DNA from: Marsupella aquatica
Taxonomy: Eukaryota; Plantae; Marchantiophyta
Reading direction: 5' to 3'
Length of the DNA: 64,000 nucleotides
NCBI GenBank assembly: GCA_973895155.1
Contig: OZ316892.1
Coordinates: 4,238,510 to 4,302,509, forward strand
The translations under genes and the position numbers were made by a program. Position 1 is the first letter of the stretch. Each line of letters starts with the position of its first letter. The notes below the pieces were generated by a model, which saw only the letters and a program-made list of their open reading frames with translations, was not told where the DNA came from and did not search any database. Positions 11,177-21,499 of this stretch are shown in pieces.

Positions 11177-12025
11177 CTCATAGTTTTAGACGTGGAGCAT
11201 CTACTCTGTTACACTGCACCGCATTCCCAACTGATGGCGGTCTCAACTGGAATTTGGATTGGGAATATATACGTTTTTCCAAGGCCTCATCTTCACGAAT
11301 TCTTGAGATTCTATTTTGAGAATTTTGATGTAGGGATCTGGTCCTCTCTTGGGAAGAACCTTTTAGATCAGATTTTAGCATCTATTTTTACTGCGATGGA
11401 AATGGCCTCATTTAAGTATATTTGGGATCAGTCTCATTGTTACTTATGCGATTGGGTGACATCAAATAAGCGGATATTTTTGAAGTGTTTTGAGAAGGTT
11501 GGAATTTATACAAAGGCATATCTGCAGCAAAATATAATGCTTATCAAATCCGATGCATTTCATGCTTGTTTAGATCCTGTTGTTGGATCATTATTTCCGC
11601 CCAAATATTTTGGGTCGGTCGACGACAGTTTCCTGATTAACTTGTTGATTCCGTATCTTAGCAAGCTAGCAAACTCTTGTGAGCCGCTTGTCATTGCCAA
11701 TGGAAGAGATTATCCAGATTGGTCAGTTAAATCTATTTTTAGAGATTATGATTATAATCATACTCTATGGGAAGACCCTGTGATTCAGAGGCATGGAGAT
11801 AGATATCTAGTAGAGCAATTTAACAGACGCCCAATTTTGGACGCTTCCAAAATAAATAGTCGGCATGAGATCAGATTAATTTGTATTGTCGTTCTAGAAA
11901 CTATTTGTAAACTCCTTATATACTGGTTATCATATATAAAGGATCTCAAAGATTTATTTCTCTATTATTATTATTCGCGTGAGCATGTCTCTTGGTCCCG
12001 TCAAGTTGGATTGGTTAAAATGTGA
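11177..12025 (+). pseudogene. FCP1/NIF-like paralog copy 3 (catalytic motifs degenerate)
   Basis: LIVLDVEHLLC..FPRPHLHEFLRFYFENFDVGIWSS..WDQSHC..FLKCFEKV..DDSFL..LIPYL. Similarity to copy 2 ends near 11835. Confidence 0.75.
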
Positions 12026-12995
12026 CGTTGCAGTCATTTTCAGGGTTTCACGCGCAGCCACGCGTCATGTCGCCCCCTTTTTATTAAAATAATAATATTT
12101 AGTGATTTTCGGAATTTCCAAAGTTCGGTTTTCCTTAAATTGGGGTTCATGATGCTTTGGGCCACATATGTAAATGAAAAGAACCTGGTTGGCCAGAATA
12201 CACAAGTCCTACTTGCTATGAATTTCCTTCTTGCAGCCTTGTCTTTTAGGTTCAATTTATGTTTCCTGGAGATGGGGTCTCCTACTCCAACTTGCATGCA
12301 AAATCAGGGTTCTTGCTTGTAGAATTCAAAGTGTCACAAAGCTACATCTTCTAAGTACATTTACAGGTACAAGAATGTGTGGTTCACAAGAGGTGGGTGA
12401 TATTGTTAGTGAGCGTAAGACTCTACCGGAGGAGGCATTTCAGAACATTTGGTGCGCTTCATGTTACATTATGCAATAATGAGTTGCTGTTGCTGTGCTT
12501 GCATCAAATTGGGCCAAATACATGTGGTGGAGTTCATTTGGCATTGTGCAAAAAAGTATCATGCTGGCTAACATCAGAATTTGAGCAAAAGTATATTGAC
12601 AATATTTGAGCAAATGAAGCACCAAATATCAAACTCAATTTCTGAACAGTATTTACCTAAGTATTATTCACACAAGGCCACTGACAAGTAGTGGTGAATT
12701 TGGTAAACTTATATCCCACTACATCCCATTTATTGTTACACAATTAGACTTAGTTAGTCTAGTTCTGGTGACGAGGCCTATTGTGACCAAAATAATTGTA
12801 ATTACATATGTTTTCTCATCATGAATCATTTTTTACTGCATGATTTAGTATCATCTTCATGACAGTCAAAATGAGTTCTCATACAGGAATGACCCAGCCA
12901 TTTGCCTGAGTACTAGTGAATTTTGGTTTCCCCCCGGGTTTCCCAGTCTCATTCGATGGTCATTGCAAGGTTCTCTTGGATTTTCGGTATCGATA

Positions 12996-13161
12996 TATGA
13001 TCATTTGACTTCTCAGTTTTGCATATGTGGATTCATAGGCACTTAACCTTAAATTTGTAACCACCACAAATAAAATTGTTTTCAAAGATTCATAGAGAAT
13101 ATTTTTGAGGTTGAGTGTCTATGAATGCACATATCCGAAACTGAAAAGTCAAGTGGTCATA
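12996..13161. mobile_element. MITE-like inverted-repeat element
   Basis: ~58-bp imperfect terminal inverted repeats: tatgatcatttgacttctcagtttt... versus ...aaactgaaaagtcaagtggtcata. Confidence 0.7.
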
Positions 13162-13807
13162 AGCGGAAAGCAATGTTGATGTGGCATAGAAGGGGAGGTT
13201 ACGTTTGTGACTCATAAGCCAAATAACTAGGGGAATTTAAAGGTTTTTCCTTATAGCCTGGGTGGCAGAATACTTTGTAAAGGAGAAGATGATGAGAATC
13301 TTCCTGATCAAACTTTGTATGTTGATTTGTGCGAGTAAGAGCTACCTAGATTTCTGATGGTAAGATATTCCTACTACTGGCTACTGGGATGTTAAGTGGG
13401 CTAAAACAAACAAAAAAACCTGGCAACTTTTTGTATGAAGTAGCCAAGTTAGGTGAAATGGATTGTTTTTGCTGCCAAAAAAGGCCACGTGTCAATTCAA
13501 ATGGTCAGGAGAGCTCCCTACTGTCTTCCCAGAGCAAAACCTGGTGTACTCAGGTTACTAAAATAAGTCAACAATGTTTTCAATAAAGTAAAAAAGTGCT
13601 AGTATTTTGTTCTCTCCTAACCTGGTGGACAGTGGAGATTTAAAGTTCAGTAGTGTTTGCACAAACAATGGATGAGTCATCAAAACGAAGGATTTGGACA
13701 CTTGGACAGGGAAGGGAGCTGGCCATGCCCTAAGTCAGTCATTACTCTAACCGTAATGAGGGGGATGCCAAGGCAGGGCTAGTGACTAGTCAGTGCTATA
13801 AGACAAA

Positions 13808-13927
13808 TGGTTTTATCGTGGGATAGAAATCCATTCAACTTGACACAATTGGTTTTATCATGGGATAGAAATCCATTCAACTTGACACAATTGGTTTTAT
13901 GATGGGATAGAAAATCCATTCAACTTG
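13808..13927. repeat. 42-bp tandem repeat, ~3 copies
   Basis: Unit tggttttatcgtgggatagaaatccattcaacttgacacaat. Confidence 0.9.
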
Positions 13928-15028
13928 CGGGCATATGTCACATAGCACAAGACAAAATCATTTCAATTTTACCGATTGTCTTTTTTACCAAGAATCTTCC
14001 AGATTGACCCATGCATTCTCCTCGTCAACTAGATAACATATGCTGTTCTCTTTCTTTGTTTTTTGGCGCTAAGGAAATATTTCCTTTGTCTTTTGTGGAG
14101 TCTCCACTGACTTTACCTTTTGTCATGTTGGGCCCTAATCTTGTTTAGTTAATTAAGTGTTTGCTTGCGAGTAAAGACCCAGATTGTTTTACTCAACTCA
14201 TGCATACAAGTTGCATAGCATCTCATTCGAAACTTTCTCAAGTGACTACTTGTCAAAGCGATGTTTATATATTGGCTCATAGCCAAATATGTCACTTACC
14301 TTTGTATTGGTAGCAAACTATTTTTGGGTGGGAATCTGGCAAAATTGGCCAAAGAAAGAAAGCCTCTGCGCTGACGGGAAACAGGGAGGCAAAGAACTAA
14401 GGCAGGATCTGAAATGAGCGAGAGTTGAAATGAGAAGTTAAATAGGGGATGAGCTTGGCCAGATGGAACAGCTATGTAGGGGCAGTCGAGAAAGTATTAT
14501 TTTGAGTTTAATTCTATGGCTACCGTAGCAAGAGTGAGGGTGGCTTTACAGGCCTTGGGGGCACTTGTGATATATTTTCACCAATTCAAAATTGGAGGGC
14601 CACATCTTGTCCAGGCCCAAAATAATTTGAAATGAAATTAAACAAATGCAAATCCCTTGAATGAAGGAACCCAAAGTTTGGAAACTACATCTTGATCACC
14701 CGTTTAAAATACTACTAGATAATATAGAGTTGTACGTAACTAAAGAGGATGATAGACACAGTGAGGAGTCCGATTACAGGCTAAAATTGCTAAAATTGAG
14801 TACCGTAAAGTCTGTGGAGAAGTTGTTTAACCCAGAAACTACCAGGTGAGATATATCCTCCACAAGTGCTGCATGCAGGTGGTCTCTATTCCTTCAAAGT
14901 TTAGTTTGTCTTGAAGTTTAGTCTCGTATGAAATCTGGGTGACTTTTAGGGGAAAGCAAGTCTAGGAGGCCTAAACACAGTTTCTCCCAGGTATAGGACA
15001 CTTACTCACCTGTGAACTTGACTTGAAA

Positions 15029-15277
15029 TTCTGGTTGACTCCTCTGGTTTCAGCCACTATTTACAACTCTAATTAGTCAAATGCGGTTTGCACAGTGCTC
15101 TAGATAGTAACTGATGTGAGCTTAAATAAGATGACTAGGGAGTTCTGGTTGACTCCTCTGGTTTCAGCCACTATTTACAACTCTAATTAGTCAAATGTGG
15201 TTTGCACACTGCTCTAGATAGTAACTGATGTGAGCTTAAATAAGATGACTAGGAGGTAAATAAGATGACTAGGGAGT
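15029..15277. repeat. 114-bp tandem duplication
   Basis: ttctggttgactcctctgg...gatgactaggg starts at both 15029 and 15143. Confidence 0.9.
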
Positions 15278-15452
15278 TGACAAGTCTCCCTAACAACTGG
15301 ATTTCAATGAGTGTGCAAGCTAGTGCGAGAGTGATGAGTTAGGCGTGGAAAAGGTGCATAGTGGCACCTTTAGGTCTGTCATTTTGTTTGGAAAAAATGT
15401 CACCATAATTGAATGGCCAGGAAAGCTTCCGGCCAGATCAATAGTTCATTAA

Positions 15453-15870
15453 CAAACCATGAAACAGAATGAGCAGGATTGCATTATTAGTGTTTAGATC
15501 AGATAGATAACCCATGAGAAAGAATGAACTACAGTGGATAGGGACACCATGACAAAGAATGAACTATGTTTAGGTAGCTAGAAAATGAAACCATGAGAAA
15601 GAATGAACGGGATTGCATAAATTGTATTTAAATAGATGGATAAACCATGAGAAAGAATAAACTGGATTGCAAGTGTTTGAAAGATAGATAAACCATGAGA
15701 AAGAATGAACGGGATTGCATAAATTGTATTTAAATAGATGGATAAACCATGAGAAAGAATAAACTGGATTGCAAGTGTTTGAAAGATAGATAAACCATGA
15801 GAAAGAATGAACTATGTTTAGATAGATAGATAGAGAGACCCATATTATACTGTTTAGATTAGATAGTAAA
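15453..15870. repeat. Minisatellite of ~45-55-bp units upstream of STR
   Basis: Recurrent core aaaccatgagaaagaat(g/a)aac, about 8 copies. Confidence 0.85.
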
Positions 15871-16532
15871 TCACTTCACATCTGCATTTCCTTGGCCCCA
15901 GTGCTTGTCGCCATAGCCCACTGCTCGCAGGAGCTCCGTTCTCGACGTCGTTTGCACTCGAGGACAGAACTTCGTTGGTGTTTAATTCCTCGAACGATGT
16001 CTTTTCACAACGAATACACCAGATTTTTGAGCGAGACTTTGTTTTGACCGCCGAGAACTGAAAATCCCCGCACCTACTCCGGATTGTAAGGCATCAGCGG
16101 CGGCGCTGAATAATCTGAATCTGGCTCGCCGAAATGCGAGCTACGTACTAAAGCTTTGCTTGTAAAGTGAGGGATGGGAACCTTGTGTGAACCGGGTTCT
16201 AATTTTGTCGAAAAGTGTATCGATGCGAGCTCGGTAGTAAGAGCTCGTTGCATCTAGATTGAAGCTTCAGATTCAAGAAGGTGCGATTTCTTGCGCTGCT
16301 GTACGTATTGCCTTTGTCAGTAATTATGCTGAAGTAGAATACAAGTTTAGATTAAAGAAGGCGCAATTTCACTCTGCACTTTGGAAATTTTTAATGCTAG
16401 CTTAGAGGTTCAGATTCTGAAGATTGCGACTCAATTCAAGCTTTACTTTGAAATTTGTAATGCTGGACTGAAGGTCTTTAGATTCACGGACTGGACGGCA
16501 GGGAATCGAAGGACAGGAAGTTATTGAAGAGC

Positions 16533-19500
16533 ATGGCGTCTCAAGAGATTGAACGGTGGCCAAGTTTCAACTTCCCGCAACTTGCTTCGGCGGAGCGGAC
16601 ACACCCAAATGAGCATCAGGAGCAGCCCGATGTCTTAGCTACGGAGCTTGGCAACCTGGAGACGCTTCTCGCAATAGACGACAATCTGGCGCGGTCGCAT
16701 GCGACTCCTGAAATTCACTATGACGAAAAAGGTCAGGGACGAGCAGGACACAATTCTACGACGCGTCTCACTACAGACGACAATTCTATCACGCCGCAGA
16801 AAAGAACTCCTGACAATTCTCACTATGAGGAAAGAGGCCAGGGGCGAGGAGGTCACAATTATTCGACGTCCCTCACTTTAGACGACACTTTAGAAGACAC
16901 TTTAGACGACACTTTCATGCCGCCGAACGGGAGTCCTGAAAATCACTATGAGGAAATAGGACACAATTCTAAGGCACCTCGGGACCCGTTGCTGCATCAC
17001 ATCCGTGGCACCGGCGTAGAGTTCCAGGACCTATGCTACACAGTGGTAAAAAAGCAGAAGCAGGATGGGGTGTGGATCAAGCGCGAGGCGCATCTTCTCC
17101 AGGGAATCACGGGGGCTGCTTCCAAGGGGGAAGTAACAGCAGTCCTGGGACCGAGTGGAGCAGGCAAGTCCACTTTGATGGATGCTTTGGCCGGGCGCAT
17201 CGCCAGTGGAAGCTTGGGAGGAACGACCACGGTAGATGGACGGCTTGTCACCCCGACTCTCATGAAGAGACTGTCTTCCTACGTCATGCAAGACGATCAA
17301 CTCTTTCCACTGCTCACCGTTTGGGAGACCCTGTGGTTCGCGGCAGAAGTGCGCCTGCATCGGGGCATATCACGTGACGAGAAGCGAGACCGAGTCACAA
17401 ATCTCCTAGATCAACTCGGGCTCACAGTGCGTACTCGATCGTTAACTGCTAATTTAGCAATTCTGCCTTTCCATTCGCATAGAAATTTGTATGTTTGGCG
17501 TGTTTAAATGATCGATGACAACTCTAGTTAACCAACAAATCAACAGCAAAAGAATTTTTAAAACGCATTCCGTGAGTACTCACCGACTCTAGCGCGAATC
17601 AGATGCGCTTTAGTACGCATACACCGGTGGTTACCTGAGCCACAAACAACAAACTCAATTATCCCATTCCTACTGGAGTTTAAGCCAGTTCTATTTAGCC
17701 TGATTCGAACCAACAGAACTCAAATAAAATCATATTCGAATAGAATTTTGCTCCCACTTAAGAATATGCCGATCGGCCTGGGGATTGGATATTTGAGTAA
17801 AATTGTTTACCAGCCTGAAGGGGTTAGTGAGGACATTGATTCATGCTGTCAAACTCGGAAGTTAAAATTCAGAGATTGCCCTCGGGACAAGCCTACTGCT
17901 AGATGAGTCCAGAAATTTTGGAGAGAAATTTTGGAAACGCAACGTTGTTTATCTATGCATGCATAGGCAGATCGCCAGAAAGATAACTTCGCTGAGCAAA
18001 GATGAAATTGTTCTGGGGTTAACAGAACTGGTGCCTATGTACCACGACTTGCTTCCTCGATCAATTGGTGGACTTTGACTGCAACAAGTTAGTTTCATAA
18101 TAACGTAAGAGAGTGAATTCTATGACGTACATCTCTGACCAAAAATCGTTCTCTCTCGATCAGACAGCACAAAATACGTATATTGGAGACGAGAAAACAA
18201 GGGGAATCTCCGGCGGGGAAAAGAGAAGAGTATCGATTGGAGTGGATATCATCCACGGCCCTGCGTTGCTGTTCATGGACGAGCCTACAAGCGGTCTTGA
18301 CAGTGGAAACGCGTTCAACGTCATCGAGAAAGTGCACCGCATTGCCAAGGCGGGAAGCACAGTGATTCTCACAATTCATCAGCCTTCTTTTCGTATTCTG
18401 CGGTTCGTCAATCGTCTCATCGTCTTGGCAAGGTACCGTGTAATTCCTACAGCTCATTCAGCTGTATTGTCGGAACGATTGGCCCTGCTTTCCTAATTTT
18501 ATCAAATCACATTTGCGTATTATTTTTCCGTAGTTGATCATAAATGTGGAGCTTTAAAATCTGAATATCAGAGAGCGTGAATACTCAATCTAAAGTAAAG
18601 ATGATGTGTCTTATGAATTGAACAACTAAGTGCTATCTTAGATTACTCGGGTAGCAATGGTGGGTTCAATGACTTTTAATGGTCAACAAAACATAATAGG
18701 AGCAAATTCAACGAGAAACGCAGAAGCATTTGTTTCCGTCCGCAGGCTTGGAGGTGGTTGCCGAAGATGTCTGATGGAAGCCCTTGCACAAACCAAGCCT
18801 GCTTACAGGACTCCAAAGGCCCCTAGGATTTAGAAGCTCGACAGAGCCTGCAGTTCGAGATAATCCAAAGTGATTGGCTTCAAGCCAGTGAGAAACTTGT
18901 GGCTCTCAGACAACAAAGAAACTTCAACGGGCTGTGGTACTGATCATGCGGATGGCGTGGATTCTGCAGAGGGCAATTGATATACCAGGGAGGTCCAAAC
19001 TACCTCTCTACACACTTAGCTGGATTCGGGCGCGTAGTGCCTCGTGCAGAGAACCCGATGGAGTACCTTCTTGATGTAATCCAGGAGTACGACAGTTCCG
19101 CTCATGGGATAGAGCCTCTTGTGCTGTACTATAACGACGGCACCCAGTTGAACCCCAACGATCCCGAGTTTTCAACAAGTCCTGTAAGAGGCAAGAGAAC
19201 CGCAGTTAGCGAATTCATGCAGAGGGAACAGCCCCCCATGCCAGAAAGAAACATGACATCGGAGACGATATTGTCAAAGATCGCGCATCCATTCCTGCAC
19301 TTAGGTAAACCAAAGACACCCGACTACACTTTCGAGGCGATGGAGGGCGGCTACGGGCTTTATGACGATACAGATGACGGATATGATCATTCGCTTGATA
19401 GAAGCCCGAAACTGGCCTCCCATTTCTACAAAGGCCTCATAGAAGGTCTGGCGGACAGATTCTTGACCCCAACCTGGACGTCCCCCAGAACGGGCACGAC

Positions 19501-21377
19501 GCCATCGCCAAGGCGACGAAGCTTATCAGCGCTGCATTTTAGAACGACGGGCTTGCCGCCATCGCCAAGACGAAAGAGCTTATCAACGCTGCAACTTAGA
19601 ACGACGGGCAGGCCGCCATCCCCAAGGCGAAAGAGCTTATCAACGCTGGCACAACTTAGAACGATGGGCATGCCGCCATCGCCAAGGCGAAATAGCTTAT
19701 CAGCACTGCAACTTAGAACAACACCGCACAGGACACCATCAACAACTCCCCACCGTTCTCCTTCAACGACTCAGGTCAGAGTTGAATCATTCGTAATAAA
19801 AAATAAATTGAAGTGTACGATATACTCTGAATCGATTGAAAGAGAGTTCATTTGAGTTGACACTCCAACTCGACAATTGGCAACTAGTTCGCATGATATT
19901 CAGATGCCAATTTTTCACTTGAATGATATTGCCAACCAGGAAACAAAAACTCCTCAAAGTTTTACCAGATCGAAGGCCAGGCTAGGGAGCGGCTGTCACT
20001 TTCATAGCTCAAAATACTTGACGAATTCGAATAGCTGAAGTCCCTGTCATAACTCAGAGATTCACTGTGACATTGTATTTCAGTGAAGTTCTAGATTAGC
20101 GAATAAACTAACCTGATCCTCAGTGTTACTGCAGTTTCCTCAAACTCCAGAACTGTCCGACCGCGTGATGACCTTGGAAACGGACAACCCAATTATCTCT
20201 AAGCGAGTGTCGACCGAAGCCACGGTCAGCGAGAAAGACTACGACCTGCCTAAACAAATCCATGAGGAGAAGTTTGCCAATATCTGGTGGCGAGAGGTTC
20301 TCATCCTTATGTTTCGTAACGTGAAAAACTTCCAGCGTGCGCCGGAGCATTTCCTGTCCCGGCAGATAACGGTCACTTTAATGGGCTTTCTGCTTGCTAC
20401 TTTGTTCATAAGAGTAAGACACCATTTGTCAGACCTGGACGGTGTCAATTCCATCATGTCCTTCTTCATCTTCACCGTCACCGTATTCTTCTTCTCCTCC
20501 AACGACGCCGTACCTGCATTCATTATGGTAAACAACGCTCGCGAGCTCAAACGACATATAATCTCCGGGAATGTCCCTCTAACTGTGCAGTGGATCGATA
20601 GAATTCTTTTCTGTGGCTTGAGTCATGAATACTCACCGATATTGTCGAGAACAGGGGTTTCAGTGTCTTCTATGAGCCTTTATTGACAACCAATTTCAAA
20701 TTGAGAAGGAGTTTTGGTGAATTCTGCGTTATGTGCTGATTTTGGGACTGGTTTCTTGTCGATCGCAGGAGCGACTCATTTTCATCCGAGAGACGTCGCA
20801 CAACGCGTACAGAGCGTCGTCGTATGTGATAGCCAACGCCATCGTGTCCATCCCGTTTATAGGAATTCAAGCCATGACGTTCACAGTCATCACATGGTGG
20901 GCGCTGGGATTTAAGGACTCAGGGATGGAGGCATTCTTCTTCTTCTTCCTCATCCTCTTCGTCTCGCTCTTTTGCGCAAGCTCATTTGTCATGTTTGTTT
21001 CGTCTGTTGTACCGAACTACGTTCTCGGCTACATGGTTGTCGTCTCTTTCACGTCGCTCTACTTTCTCATGTGTGGATTCTTTATCCAGCGCAAGCAGAT
21101 CCCCACGTACTGGATCTGGGTGCACTACATCTCCACACTCAAGTATCCCTACGAAGCCATGATGCTCAACGAGTATGGCAATCCAAATCATCAGCTCTGC
21201 TACTTCCGTTCTACAAATGGCGAATGTTCTTTAACTGGCAAAATTCTTCTCGAGAAGCTCAATATCACTCAGCTGACCAAGTGGGAGAGCTTATGTATCC
21301 TATTTGTCATGGCCGTCTTCTATCGCTTTCTATTTTATTGCGTCCTCCGGTTCGGCACCAAAAACCAAAGATCATGA
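16533..21377 (+). CDS. STR: Half-size ABCG transporter, STUNTED ARBUSCULE (STR) type; exons 16533-17426, 18164-18432, 18970-19774, 20135-20527, 20769-21377 (989 aa)
   Basis: [19 protein letters not shown], Walker [22 protein letters not shown], signature [64 protein letters not shown]|[19 protein letters not shown] and an ABC2 membrane domain are all characteristic of STR. All introns are GT-AG and in phase. Confidence 0.9.
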
Positions 21378-21499
21378 ATACATCTTATTCATGACTGGTC
21401 ACTTTTATTTTGGAGTCGTTTGTACTATACTTAATACTTTCACAGTATTCCCCGCGGGATCATTGTATCGATAGGTTATCTTGCTCTCACCTAAATTTC

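Larger units (their letters stand above)
1..12090 (+). mobile_element. Right portion of a large decayed DNA-transposon-like element carrying cargo genes (ParB-like/MTase-like/Ulp1/FCP1 polyprotein plus two FCP1-like genes); left end and any transposase lie outside the window
   Basis: Dense co-oriented pseudogenised ORFs, a Ulp1 protease (typical cargo of Mutator/CACTA/KDZ-type elements), and a shared 20-bp palindrome that stops at 12067, after which the sequence becomes non-coding. No transposase or terminal repeat is seen, so the right boundary is approximate. Confidence 0.55.

Noticed and set aside
13808-15870. Short direct-repeat arrays as a possible CRISPR
   Set aside because: Units are contiguous tandem copies without unique spacers, there are no cas genes, and the context is eukaryotic.
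16463-16480. ctggactgaagg resembling miR319
   Set aside because: Only a partial match, with no hairpin partner seen.
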